From positions 1-64,000 of IMG/VR virus record IMGVR_UViG_3300042384_000211: 64,000 bases of DNA; one strand, 5' to 3'. Below the pieces are notes generated by a model, which worked only from the letters and a program-made list of their open reading frames with translations, made no database searches and was not told the DNA's origin. This DNA comes from a virus. The position numbers were made by a program, and so were the translations under genes. Below are positions 17,866 to 27,825 of this stretch, piece by piece; the first letter of the stretch is position 1, and the number at the start of each line of letters is the position of its first letter.

Positions 17866-18618
17866 TTGTCAAGACATCGCAGATCGGCAGCACGTAGCAA
17901 TAACGTAAACTCATTCGCAACACAACAAGATAATACAGTAGTAAGTTTTAACAATTATGTACAAAGACAAAAAACAGTTCATCTAATACCAAAAAGCATT
18001 AACCAAGAAGCATATATTGACCTATTGACCGACGATTCTAAGTGTATCGTTTTCGCCACAGGTCCTGCCGGCACCGGCAAAACAATGTTAGCTATGTTAG
18101 CTGGCATTAAAGCATTTAAAGAAGGACAAGTAAGTAAATTAATTCTAACACGTCCAGCGGTAGGAGTGGACGACGAAAAGCATGGCTTCCTACCAGGTGA
18201 TATTAATGCTAAGATGGAACCATGGACTAGGCCGCTATTTGATGTCATAGCGGAATACTATAGTCCAAAAGAAGTAGCACGTATGCTAGAAGAACAGGTG
18301 ATTGAGATAGCTCCACTAGCATTTATGAGAGGTCGTACATTTAAGGGCTGTTGGATAGTAGCAGATGAAATGCAAAACGCCACCCCTGGACAGATTAAGA
18401 TGCTCCTTACACGACTCGGCGAAGGTTCTAAAATAGTAGTAACAGGCGACACACGTCAAGCAGATAGACGAGACCCGGATAATGGCTTATTAGACTTCAA
18501 ACGTTTGTTTGATGGTTTTAAGAATAGCAAATATATTGCAGGTGTTGAGTTTGCGACTAAAGACATAGCACGCCATCCAGCTGTTGCGGAGGTGCTACGC
18601 CTATACGGAGAAGATTAA
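17866..18618 (+). CDS. phoH: PhoH-like ATPase
   Basis: GPAGTGKT, LTRPAV, GFLPG, RGRTF, DEMQN and GDTRQ motifs; AAGGAG SD before a TTG start. Confidence 0.92.
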   Translation: MSRHRRSAARSNNVNSFATQQDNTVVSFNNYVQRQKTVHLIPKSINQEAYIDLLTDDSKCIVFATGPAGTGKTMLAMLAGIKAFKEGQVSKLILTRPAVGVDDEKHGFLPGDINAKMEPWTRPLFDVIAEYYSPKEVARMLEEQVIEIAPLAFMRGRTFKGCWIVADEMQNATPGQIKMLLTRLGEGSKIVVTGDTRQADRRDPDNGLLDFKRLFDGFKNSKYIAGVEFATKDIARHPAVAEVLRLYGED

Positions 18619-18621
18619 CAC

Positions 18622-18942
18622 TTATAACATAAACTTATCTGAGGGGATACTTGGGGTCTTGATAGTTACGATTTGAGTGTCCTCCAGATATTCAATCTGA
18701 CTAATGTCGCCTGGTTCTAATATACAAATATCACCAGCCGAAAATATTTCACCATTGCAGACTTGACGTCCGCTGATAACCAATGTAATTTCTGTAACTA
18801 TTTTGTGTATATGTGTAGCAGGTTTACCGCGAGGATTGTGCTGATAGCAGACTTCAAAGTCTTTAGTTTGATGCACAGCTGATTCAAAGTCTCCTATGAA
18901 CCAACCTCGGGCACCTGCATCACTTAGTTTGTAACGCTTCAT
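18622..18942 (-). CDS. Cupin-like protein
   Basis: RGWFIGDF, HIHK..TE and KTPS motifs. Confidence 0.6.
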   Translation of the reverse strand: MKRYKLSDAGARGWFIGDFESAVHQTKDFEVCYQHNPRGKPATHIHKIVTEITLVISGRQVCNGEIFSAGDICILEPGDISQIEYLEDTQIVTIKTPSIPSDKFML

Positions 18943-19234
18943 TTAATGTGTTTACACAATCATCAATATATTCAGCATAACCCTCGTAGTAGTGAGTAAA
19001 TATTTCTTCGAAATTACTGCCTGAATTGAAGTTGTTTTTGACGATTTTTTCTTCGGTTAGGTTCAAAATTACTTGATTTTGAAGGTCTTTGTCTCGGAGT
19101 CCTCGAGAGATGTATACTTGTTCTTCGTATTGTATATTATTAGGATCCTTCATATATCCTGGCCTAACAGTCTGCTTTGGATCTTTAGGTTGCCCTGTGT
19201 ACTTTGCTATTAAATAGATATTATTATTTGCCAT
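18920..19234 (-). CDS. Hypothetical protein
   Basis: 104 aa ORF in the operon. Confidence 0.7.
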   Translation of the reverse strand: MANNNIYLIAKYTGQPKDPKQTVRPGYMKDPNNIQYEEQVYISRGLRDKDLQNQVILNLTEEKIVKNNFNSGSNFEEIFTHYYEGYAEYIDDCVNTLNEALQTK

Positions 19235-19235
19235 A

Positions 19236-20159
19236 TTATTTTCCTATTTGAGCAAGTTCAACTAAGCAAGCTGCAAGATTGATCTCTTGATCAGCAACCA
19301 ACGGGGCATTTACTACTGCTTTACGAATAACAAGGATAGCTTCATCTTGGCCTTCTTCTGAAGCACTCCACATAGACAGGTTATCATATAACCAACGGAA
19401 GATTTCTTCCATTTCTTCTGGGCGAGCCTGCTCGCATAATAGTTTGCGTGCTTCACGGATTTTACCATTCTTAAACAGGTCAACCATGGCCAATTTATAA
19501 TCAGCAGTGCCTTGTCCTGTTTCGTTTGGTGCTTTTAATTTACCATCGACGCTGTTCATCTGTAGCAAGTTTAAACACTTACGCAGATCCGGATAGGTTG
19601 CTTTAACATAAGAATCTAATGTGTCTAAGTCAAAGTCTACACCTTCTGTGACTAACACAGTGGCCGCACGTGCTGTAAACTCTGTGTGGTCAACTTTTTC
19701 AATGTGGAAACCTTGACAACGACTGTGCAGTGCTGGAATAATCTTGTGTGGATAATTACAGGTTAAGATAAAACGTGCAGATTCACTGTAGCTTTCCATG
19801 ACACCACGTAGGGCTGCCTGCGCATTAGGGCTTAGATAATCAGCTTCATCTAATAGGACAACTTTGAAACTACCAAAGGGCATAGTCTGCACAAAGTTAG
19901 TAATACGATCACGAACAGTATCAACATTGTTTTCACGTGACGCATTGATCTCTAATACATCATACTCGTCAATGCCTAATTGATTGATAAGGATCTTAGC
20001 CAAGGTAGTTTTACCAATACCTGCTGCTCCTGAGAACAGTAAGTGTGGGATACTACCTTCTTTAATCCATTGTTTGACCTGTGTGCGCTGTGCTTCATCG
20101 CGAAACACATAACCGTCTACATCACTTGGTCTAAATTTTTCTACCCATAATTGTTTCAT
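19236..20159 (-). CDS. Sliding-clamp loader AAA+ subunit (RFC small / T4 gp44-like)
   Basis: LWVEKFRP, GIGKTT, EINAS, LDEAD and SRC motifs. Confidence 0.92.
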   Translation of the reverse strand: MKQLWVEKFRPSDVDGYVFRDEAQRTQVKQWIKEGSIPHLLFSGAAGIGKTTLAKILINQLGIDEYDVLEINASRENNVDTVRDRITNFVQTMPFGSFKVVLLDEADYLSPNAQAALRGVMESYSESARFILTCNYPHKIIPALHSRCQGFHIEKVDHTEFTARAATVLVTEGVDFDLDTLDSYVKATYPDLRKCLNLLQMNSVDGKLKAPNETGQGTADYKLAMVDLFKNGKIREARKLLCEQARPEEMEEIFRWLYDNLSMWSASEEGQDEAILVIRKAVVNAPLVADQEINLAACLVELAQIGK

Positions 20160-20320
20160 TGATCGCCTTTGGCTGTTGATGGTTTAAGTGGACTGTTAAG
20201 TGTGGCCAATTTGTCAGCTATTCTTCGCATTTCTACAGTAAGTTTACATTGCCCGAACGCTTCTTCTACTCGACGTGCAAGATTATGTTGTTCAATAATT
20301 ACTTGATCTAAATCGTTCAC
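20156..20320 (-). CDS. Small hypothetical protein (54 aa, GTG start)
   Basis: Hand-translated; 4-nt overlaps at both ends. Confidence 0.55.
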   Translation of the reverse strand: MNDLDQVIIEQHNLARRVEEAFGQCKLTVEMRRIADKLATLNSPLKPSTAKGDQ

Positions 20321-20475
20321 ACAAGTTCCTCTACAATCCCTAATATTTCAGCTAGGATAAACAATACCCCAGCACTTACTAGTATATTAGCACAAAGAAA
20401 GCCACCTGCCAAGATACGTAAGGCACTTTTGGCAAAACTTACTACTTGATGACGCCACGGGTCTGGATGTCGCAT
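20317..20475 (-). CDS. Small membrane protein, 52 aa (MRHPDPWRHQVVSFAKSALRI...EELV)
   Basis: Hand-translated; translationally coupled at both ends. Confidence 0.65.
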   Translation of the reverse strand: MRHPDPWRHQVVSFAKSALRILAGGFLCANILVSAGVLFILAEILGIVEELV

Positions 20476-20831
20476 TATAGCCCCCTTCCTATTGTTTCAT
20501 CTTGCACAGGCTCATCACTAACCAACAGAATATCATTTTGATCAATTCTACGTAGAGTATGCCGTTGACCTGCATCATCTTCAATTTCGACTCCGCGAGT
20601 CCAACGTCCGTGTTTAACCAGTACATATTGCCCAACGGTAATGTCTTTTTGTCGACTACCAATAGCATACACTCGAGCCCAACGTGGATGAATGCCTTCT
20701 AACTTACCATCACTGTGGGGAATAACAATACCACCATGGCTGATTTTTTCTTTAAAATTCATATCAGTAATTAAGACATGATCTTGTAATGCTTTAATTG
20801 ATTTAATTTTTCGAGGGTCAAATGAACTCAT
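20475..20831 (-). CDS. Divergent GroES-like co-chaperonin
   Basis: KALQDHVLI, GGIVIP mobile loop, VYAIG, VGQYVLV and DILLV pattern. Confidence 0.75.
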   Translation of the reverse strand: MSSFDPRKIKSIKALQDHVLITDMNFKEKISHGGIVIPHSDGKLEGIHPRWARVYAIGSRQKDITVGQYVLVKHGRWTRGVEIEDDAGQRHTLRRIDQNDILLVSDEPVQDETIGRGL

Positions 20832-20838
20832 AATTTTC

Positions 20839-21261
20839 CTAAATGCGTTTAATGCCGGTTGATTTGTTACTGCCAGTTAATGATGTGGGATCAAGCAACT
20901 CAGTTTTTACTTCAGTTTCACTAGCCACAGCTTCTGCAAAACTACCTCGAGGTTTAACATAATTAGAACTTTCTGCTACGGGTATATCTTCAGCTGTAGG
21001 TTGCAGCAGAGGTACCTGCAATTGATTTACTACACCGGCACTTTCTGCTACAGCAGTATCATTATCTGCTACAGGTGTGTTAAGTTTATAATATTCTTGT
21101 TGTAGCTGTGCTCGAGTTTTGATTACTTTACCGCCAGGCCCAAGTTGATCGCCTCTAGCATTAGTTCTTGTATTACCAATAGCGATAGTATTTTCGTTTG
21201 ATAGTCGTAAACGATCTATATCAATAGCACCACCCATTGCAGTTCTTCTAACGTTTGCCAT
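20839..21261 (-). CDS. Hypothetical phage protein
   Basis: 140 aa; AIGN..TNARGDQLGPGG; SD and TAAATA upstream. Confidence 0.75.
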   Translation of the reverse strand: MANVRRTAMGGAIDIDRLRLSNENTIAIGNTRTNARGDQLGPGGKVIKTRAQLQQEYYKLNTPVADNDTAVAESAGVVNQLQVPLLQPTAEDIPVAESSNYVKPRGSFAEAVASETEVKTELLDPTSLTGSNKSTGIKRI

Positions 21262-21286
21262 TTTGTTTCTCCTATTATATGCGTAT

Positions 21287-21802
21287 TTATTTCAAAAATT
21301 CTTCAATATCTAAAGAATAGAATATACTATTAATTTTATGTACCCCTAATAAAAACAATACATAACTTGCTACACTACTTCCTCTACCTACACCCCAAAC
21401 TAGATTATTTTTACGTAGGGTATCTACTAGATATTTTAAGTAACGCAGTAGATTAAATAGTTCACGTTCTTGGTACAGTAATAATTCTTGCCCTACACGT
21501 TGTAGCTCATAGTCTTCTCGGCACAAACTTAAAATATATGCTGCAATATCTAATTCTGCATACTCTTTAGGCATACGCCAGTGTGTTTGCATAGCAAGAT
21601 CAAATTCGTCAACGTTTATGCCTGTTTGTGCAATATACGGCATTACTGGTTCAAGTTCAGCGTGCAGTTTAGCTATGCTGATATTAAACTCATTGGGATC
21701 CTCAACTTGAAATAAATTAATACTTAAATCAGGTTTAGCATACAACAGATCACACAGCTCGGCTGTGGTTGTGTAGGCCTGTCCATATAGGTCATATTTC
21801 AA
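21287..21802 (-). CDS. Stand-alone fragment of DNA polymerase III alpha (DnaE)
   Basis: WGVGRGSSVASYVLFLLGV matches the DnaE GxGRGSxxGSLVxYxLGIT motif; only 171 aa. Confidence 0.75.
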   Translation of the reverse strand: MKYDLYGQAYTTTAELCDLLYAKPDLSINLFQVEDPNEFNISIAKLHAELEPVMPYIAQTGINVDEFDLAMQTHWRMPKEYAELDIAAYILSLCREDYELQRVGQELLLYQERELFNLLRYLKYLVDTLRKNNLVWGVGRGSSVASYVLFLLGVHKINSIFYSLDIEEFLK

Positions 21803-22047
21803 TTTGTAATGTCTTTTGCTGAGTTATCGTTGTTGTTTATTCGCCCGCTTTTCTGCGCCTGATCTAACATTAACTGATTCCGTCTTTCAACTTCCATAGC
21901 GTAATCTTGTAGTAATAGTTGCAGTTGACCTACCATATCTGCACTGCCAAATTTATATGCCTGACTCATTCGAGTCTGTAACTCACCTCGTTTAGTGTGA
22001 AGTTCATCATCAGTTAATTTACTTAGGTCTGGAGCTAGAGGGTGCAT
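21799..22047 (-). CDS. Hypothetical protein
   Basis: 82 aa, coupled to its neighbours. Confidence 0.7.
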   Translation of the reverse strand: MHPLAPDLSKLTDDELHTKRGELQTRMSQAYKFGSADMVGQLQLLLQDYAMEVERRNQLMLDQAQKSGRINNNDNSAKDITN

Positions 22048-22454
22048 TATAAATCTCCGTCTTGACGATACTCGCTGTAGTGTGCGTCAAACTTACCGCC
22101 CGGGTAACGACTTTCTAACTTGCGCACATTTTCAGCAATAACATCATTTGGGTCTAGATTAAGTGCGCGACAAGCGTTGATCCAATACCACATGATATCA
22201 CCTAGCTCACGCTTCATGTGAAAGATGTTTTCTTCGTTTACTGGTTTACCTTGAAATATAATCTTCTTAGGAATCTCGACAAACTCACCTCCTTCTGCAG
22301 CTAACCCCATTGCGGCTGTTAATAACAGTGCTGGATTAATGGTTGTAGTGTCGTTGATTTCTTTAATTCTAGATATAAAATCGTCTGGATAGTTTGATTC
22401 TTTGCTGGTTACTTCACGGACAAAGTTTTGATATTTGTTTAAGTCAATTTGCAT
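22047..22454 (-). CDS. mazG: MazG-like nucleotide pyrophosphohydrolase
   Basis: GLAAEGGEFVE, ELGDIMWY and N..KL..RY motifs. Confidence 0.85.
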   Translation of the reverse strand: MQIDLNKYQNFVREVTSKESNYPDDFISRIKEINDTTTINPALLLTAAMGLAAEGGEFVEIPKKIIFQGKPVNEENIFHMKRELGDIMWYWINACRALNLDPNDVIAENVRKLESRYPGGKFDAHYSEYRQDGDL

Positions 22455-22478
22455 AAAAGAAAACTCCTTGTATTACTA

Positions 22479-22507
22479 ACTATACATTAGTTTTTACAAG
22501 GAGTCAA
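22479..22507 (-). promoter_or_regulatory. Sigma70-type promoter inside an inverted repeat
   Basis: TTGACT-17-TATAGT; ACTCCTTGTA/TACAAGGAGT repeat at 22463-22504. Confidence 0.55.
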
Positions 22508-22521
22508 TGATTTTGGTATTA

Positions 22522-23412
22522 TTAACCTTGTCTATACCATTTGTTTGTTGATGTTTTGTAGATATACTTAGCTGGAGTAGTTACACCAGCGGTAGTTAGT
22601 CCGCCTAATACTGTTGCACCATTACCAAATAGCGTAAGTGCGGTAATTGTTGCACCAAAAGCAAAACTAATAGTTTGCCCATCACTAACAGTAGTATTGC
22701 CTGGCAATGAAATATTAGCTATAGCAATAGTACCTGCTGGGTCTACTACTACTGTAGAAACAGTAGGACTAACATTTGATAGTGAAGCATTGGCTGGTGT
22801 TAAGTATTGATAGTCAACAACACGCAGGCTACGATTACGTGTCAATTCTTGTGCAAATATAGTCGCTCCACTGTTGAATGTACTAAATTCAAATATAGTC
22901 ACTCCAGTAGTTGGCGGAGTATATACTAATCCATTCATACCAAGAATAGAAGACAACCCAACGCTGACAGCACTAGGAAAAGTAATAGTTGAAGCAGCAT
23001 TAGCAACTAACACTTCTAAACGTAGTTTTGTATGTAGTTCAGCCCCAGGCCATCCAGTAAAACTTAATGTTAGATTAGTATCACTTAAGAATAAACGTTG
23101 ATGATTTCCATCCTCCCAACTAATAGTTGGAGTTGCAGTACTTGGTACTGTATTAGCTGTTCTTTCAACAGTTCTTGTCAGCTGTGCTTCTGCTAATATT
23201 TCATAGTTTAAGATATTAGTAGTTGCTGTTTGTCCTGCTGTACCTAACGGCGCTTTTAACACAGCTTTTTGTTGTAGATCAGCAAGCTCGGCCTGTGCAA
23301 ATGTTAGATTGTTTTTAATATTGGTAAAATTATCGCGGAACCCTTGGCTGTCATTGTCTTGACCTGCAATAGGATATGCGCCGTCGATGTTGTTGGGATT
23401 AATGCTGCTCAT
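22522..23412 (-). CDS. Putative virion structural (baseplate/tail-associated) protein
   Basis: YPIAGQDNDSQGFRDNF N-terminus; Thr/Ala-rich beta C-terminus. Confidence 0.6.
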   Translation of the reverse strand: MSSINPNNIDGAYPIAGQDNDSQGFRDNFTNIKNNLTFAQAELADLQQKAVLKAPLGTAGQTATTNILNYEILAEAQLTRTVERTANTVPSTATPTISWEDGNHQRLFLSDTNLTLSFTGWPGAELHTKLRLEVLVANAASTITFPSAVSVGLSSILGMNGLVYTPPTTGVTIFEFSTFNSGATIFAQELTRNRSLRVVDYQYLTPANASLSNVSPTVSTVVVDPAGTIAIANISLPGNTTVSDGQTISFAFGATITALTLFGNGATVLGGLTTAGVTTPAKYIYKTSTNKWYRQG

Positions 23413-26400
23413 TATGTAAATACTCCAGTTTTGGCAAATTTTATATATTTATCACCTGATTGCGGTGTAGTGTACTCATCTCGATTACTGATAAATCTTG
23501 TTCCGTTTCCGTCAAATATTGTACCTCGTATATCAACTTGTTCAGGAATAATACTATAGTTAGGTATTAAGTTTCTAGGTTTAACTGCGGGATCATAGAA
23601 TATGTTAGTTCTACCAAAGGTAAACCCTCTGCGCACAAAAAGTCTATTATAGAAGCTGACAGTTCGTTCAAAAATCAAAGTCACAATACCTGCATTGTCG
23701 ATATTGATTCGCCATATACCAATACGTCTATTGTCTACAGTAGGATTCAATAAGTTTTCATTATATCCTGGCACATAGGAACTAAAGTCCCAAGGATCAG
23801 AATCCCATGCTAGACCCGGAGTTGGGTCTAAATTTGGATCTGAAGTGTCATTATCGGACACATCAGTGTTTTTAGCCCACAATGTACGAACATCAGTCCA
23901 TCCTTGATTATAGGTATCACCTACACTAATACCTGTTCTAAACTCTTGCTGAGCAAATACAATAGTCTCACCGTTTGCAAAATTGGTAATACTATCTAAT
24001 CCCCCGAGTGCATTAATATCTGCAATAGATCGATTGTTGATACTTTCATACGGAATACGTACTGCATAATCCACAGTACCTATAGTTGCAAAAATTAAAC
24101 TGGCTGGAGGGTATCGATCGTACGTAGTTTCTTCGCCGCCGATAAATTCTTCCTCTGCAATATTGTAATTGTCAGTGTATATATTATCAAGTTGATATCT
24201 ATCAACGGTAAAATCTAGTGCAGTTAAATTAAATCTACGTTGGCCAAAGCGCCAAGCTACTGCTTCACCTGCTCCAGGTATAGTGTAGGCTAATACTACT
24301 GCACGTTTGAATCCTAATACAGTACCATTCGGTTGTAGTGAAGTCATCCAGTCCGGCAATGCTCCTTTGTTGGCATATCCCAATTGTAAAACTATTTTTG
24401 TCTGCATGTTACTAAAGGCATTAGGATATGCTATGCTGTAACTATTGCCGTTCTCGTCAAGGTATGGATTAACAAGCTGACTGGTTAAATCAATTGTGCT
24501 TGCTGGTCCAAATGAGCCTGAGGAATTTGAAATAGTATTATCGTCGTTGATTTCAACATATACTACTTCATACTTGATCTGTTCTTCAGTTAATTGTGTA
24601 CCAACTGGAATATTAGTATCTGCAGTATACCCGGAATTAAGATCCGACGGAGCGAATCCAATTTCATCCTCAAAAGTACCAATTATCTGACCAGTACCAA
24701 TCTCAGCAACATCATATGCTCTACTTCTAACCACAGCCGTTTTTACCTGGCCGAATGTAATACGTTTATTAAAGTGATTAGTTTCGACAGCTGCAGCATA
24801 TTCACTTAAAAAGCTAGGGTTAATGCCGGCTAAAAATAAGGCTTTAACATCAGAAGTAACACCATAATACGGATCTTCGATTCGATATATCAATTCAGTA
24901 GGAAATACTGTAGGATCCTGCACTATGTCCTGGAATTGACTACGTTGCTCTAAAGACAGCGCAGCTTTTAAATATAAGTTCTCATAAGGGCTTGTATTAC
25001 GCTCATTTACTCTGATAGTGAACTCTCTAGTTGCACTAACACTTCCATCGTAGGTATAAGCAGTTATACTAAACGAATAGGTATCATCGAACGTAGTAGA
25101 TCCCCCATCAATGGTTGTTAATCCTTGATCTAGCGTAAACAATTGGAAACTAACTCGACCTGAAATAAGTCCGTTGCTTAGTAATAATAGTCCCTGCGGT
25201 AATCTTTTAAATACATTTGGAGTTAGCTCGTAGTACAATGCTTTGCCTTTGCTGCTAACTGCTTTAACATACAAATCACTAACCTTGCCATTGTCGATTG
25301 ATCCGAGATAACTTGGAGTTAACCAAGAAACGCTGTTATCTAAATCGCCTAATACTGTTAGAGTGAAAATTCTACTTGTGGCATAAATTGGTTCATCTCG
25401 TTTGAATACACTAATTTCGAATTCGTAATTGGTAGTGTTATCAGTGAGTTCTGGCAGAAATCCTGTAATCCATCCGCTGTTAGCGTCAATAACGCTGGTT
25501 TGCCCACTTAGTAGGGTTAGAGGTAATATCAAGATACCTTGATCAAATTTTCCTTCGTCGTATCCTACTGCAGCGGGTGCAGTAGTTTGATCAACTACTG
25601 CTCCTATATTAACTCCTACACTGGTAATAGTTAACGGTCTTGAATTTGTACTGATTCCAGCAATATTTGCTATGCCTGTTGGAGCTACGGTATTAAATGT
25701 AAATGTATTAGCATTGTTATATACACAACCTATATCAGTAAAGTAACTGGCCGATACTGGAGATGCGTTGGCATTAACACCGTTGACAAAAATATTACCA
25801 CCTGTCGAACTAAATGTACCTGTCAGGTGTATTACTTGTACAGACGAAGTATAAACTGATGTAGCTGTTACTACAGCATTTGCTGAGCCTTGAGTAACGA
25901 AAGCTCCCACATTAGCCAACACTAGATTGCCGACTAATGTAATAGTTCCGAAAGTTGAACTAATATTACTAATTGTAGCGTTCGCGCCACTGAGTTGTTG
26001 CGTTAAAAAATCACCAACATTACCAGTTACTGGTGAATTACCGAAAAGTCTCACTGTGGTAAAATTACTAATACTAGCACTATACCAAGTGACCTCATTA
26101 GTGGTTAATGGGCTAGAATATAATACTTGAACCTGGTCACCAGGAATTAGTGCTGGTTTTGATGTTGAGGTTGGTGAAGTTATTCCTACGTATAGATTAC
26201 CGTCATCGACAATTTGATTGACATAAGGTAAATCATTATTATTAACGTGTTCATCAAATGCCCCAGTAGATACTGCCGGCATTGCATATTGCAATATGTC
26301 GCCGTTAAGATCAATGGCTTCGATTTGAAATGCATAGTATCCGCCTTGGCGTTCTACAACCATGTCAGCTTGCGTAGTAAGTATAATTGGAAAATGTTTA

Positions 26401-27125
26401 GGTAGTACGTTGATATTGACAAAACTATTGTCGGCAGTTAATGAATCTGTTGACGCAATCAAAGACCGTCTAGGATATACATCTAAGATATATGTACTAG
26501 CATCAGTATTTGCACCATCAGTGACTTCTATAGTAAATGTAAATAATTTTCTAACAGAGCCAACTAGGAAGTCCCACCCTAATAAATCCCATGGGGTATC
26601 ATCCCAATCAGGATCACTGCCTGGACCTATAACAGGTGTTGGTCGTATAAAACCTGATAATAATCCGTCTTGACTAAGTGAAATGCCCGGAGGAAGTTCA
26701 CCACTTTTTAAACTCCAAACTAGATTATCTTCTACTACGAATTCTATAGCCTCAAGTTGAATATTAACTGTACTACCATCATAGAACAGTCCTAGATTAA
26801 CGTTTCGAGGAATAATAATAGGAGGTGCAACATTGGTAATAGTCAGCGAAAATGTTCGATCTGCTACACTACCAGTAGTGGTATTGGTAACTCGTATAGT
26901 GAATGTATATGTTTGGTTAGTATCCGGAACTGCTTCACTTATAGGAACTCCTTGCAATACCCCAGTACGCACAACCTGAATACCTGGAGGTAGTCTTCCG
27001 GAAACTCTATTGTAAACTAAGGTTCCGCCACTGGCATCACTGGCCTGTAGAGGAAGCTGATAAAATTCCAGTGCAGGTACAACACCTAGATTTCCTGCTG
27101 GGGTTGCCCACTTAGGTACGGCCAT
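23412..27125 (-). CDS. Large virion protein with putative Ig-like repeats (baseplate wedge-like)
   Basis: Repeated SGxLPPGIxL...GxLSG Ig-like motifs; 1237 aa. Confidence 0.65.
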   Translation of the reverse strand: MAVPKWATPAGNLGVVPALEFYQLPLQASDASGGTLVYNRVSGRLPPGIQVVRTGVLQGVPISEAVPDTNQTYTFTIRVTNTTTGSVADRTFSLTITNVAPPIIIPRNVNLGLFYDGSTVNIQLEAIEFVVEDNLVWSLKSGELPPGISLSQDGLLSGFIRPTPVIGPGSDPDWDDTPWDLLGWDFLVGSVRKLFTFTIEVTDGANTDASTYILDVYPRRSLIASTDSLTADNSFVNINVLPKHFPIILTTQADMVVERQGGYYAFQIEAIDLNGDILQYAMPAVSTGAFDEHVNNNDLPYVNQIVDDGNLYVGITSPTSTSKPALIPGDQVQVLYSSPLTTNEVTWYSASISNFTTVRLFGNSPVTGNVGDFLTQQLSGANATISNISSTFGTITLVGNLVLANVGAFVTQGSANAVVTATSVYTSSVQVIHLTGTFSSTGGNIFVNGVNANASPVSASYFTDIGCVYNNANTFTFNTVAPTGIANIAGISTNSRPLTITSVGVNIGAVVDQTTAPAAVGYDEGKFDQGILILPLTLLSGQTSVIDANSGWITGFLPELTDNTTNYEFEISVFKRDEPIYATSRIFTLTVLGDLDNSVSWLTPSYLGSIDNGKVSDLYVKAVSSKGKALYYELTPNVFKRLPQGLLLLSNGLISGRVSFQLFTLDQGLTTIDGGSTTFDDTYSFSITAYTYDGSVSATREFTIRVNERNTSPYENLYLKAALSLEQRSQFQDIVQDPTVFPTELIYRIEDPYYGVTSDVKALFLAGINPSFLSEYAAAVETNHFNKRITFGQVKTAVVRSRAYDVAEIGTGQIIGTFEDEIGFAPSDLNSGYTADTNIPVGTQLTEEQIKYEVVYVEINDDNTISNSSGSFGPASTIDLTSQLVNPYLDENGNSYSIAYPNAFSNMQTKIVLQLGYANKGALPDWMTSLQPNGTVLGFKRAVVLAYTIPGAGEAVAWRFGQRRFNLTALDFTVDRYQLDNIYTDNYNIAEEEFIGGEETTYDRYPPASLIFATIGTVDYAVRIPYESINNRSIADINALGGLDSITNFANGETIVFAQQEFRTGISVGDTYNQGWTDVRTLWAKNTDVSDNDTSDPNLDPTPGLAWDSDPWDFSSYVPGYNENLLNPTVDNRRIGIWRINIDNAGIVTLIFERTVSFYNRLFVRRGFTFGRTNIFYDPAVKPRNLIPNYSIIPEQVDIRGTIFDGNGTRFISNRDEYTTPQSGDKYIKFAKTGVFT

Positions 27126-27137
27126 CGATTATTCCTA

Positions 27138-27437
27138 TTACCATGCCACTAAATTGGCACGTTTCCAAGTATTTGTTGCAATGCATACGTAAAGATAGTC
27201 GCTATCCCAGGTTAATTGTCCGATGCTGCCTGTACTATTTGCAAGAGTGGGTACATTTGTACTAGATATGCCTAATCTGTTGGTAATTACAACATTTGGA
27301 AAACTAATTCCTGTTGATACTATATTACTAAAGTTATTATTTACTGTAACAAATGCCGAACGAAGGTCGTCCCCTGTGCCGTCATTGGCACTTGATCCGA
27401 CATTTACATTTGCAAAACCTGCTGTTGTGATAGTCAT
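27138..27437 (-). CDS. Small virion structural protein
   Basis: NVGSSANDGTGDDLRSAF N-terminus (T4 gp9/gp10-like) and WDSDYLYVCIATNTWKR end. Confidence 0.65.
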   Translation of the reverse strand: MTITTAGFANVNVGSSANDGTGDDLRSAFVTVNNNFSNIVSTGISFPNVVITNRLGISSTNVPTLANSTGSIGQLTWDSDYLYVCIATNTWKRANLVAW

Positions 27438-27499
27438 AGTTGCTCTCTAAATACTTACTTCAAGTATTTATCTAGAGTGCAACTAAATGAATTGAATGA

Positions 27500-27823
27500 T
27501 TAGGCTGAGAAGCTACTTCCGCAACCACACGTAGTTGTGGCCTGTGGATTTTTGATACTAAAGTTACTACCTGCTAGAGTTTCGACGTAGTCAACTTCGG
27601 CACCTTGTAGATATTGACTGCTCATAGCATCAACTAATAGGTGTACACCATCGAATTCTAAGTCAAAATCATCTTCGTTAACAGTTTCATCAAAGGTAAA
27701 ACCGTATTGAAATCCACTGCATCCGCCACCTTGAACAAACATACGCAGTTTTAGATTAGGATCATTCTCTTCTAATAGTAGTTCTTTGACTTTTTTTACA
27801 GCGTTAGGTAATACAGTAACCAT
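27500..27823 (-). CDS. erpA: A-type Fe-S cluster carrier ErpA/IscA
   Basis: [11 protein letters not shown] and CGCGSSF motifs. Confidence 0.9.
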   Translation of the reverse strand: MVTVLPNAVKKVKELLLEENDPNLKLRMFVQGGGCSGFQYGFTFDETVNEDDFDLEFDGVHLLVDAMSSQYLQGAEVDYVETLAGSNFSIKNPQATTTCGCGSSFSA

Positions 27824-27825
27824 CT

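Noticed and set aside
21287-21802. DnaE pseudogene or split-intein DnaE
   Set aside because: No adjacent frameshifted remainder or intein motifs, and the ORF is cleanly coupled in an operon.
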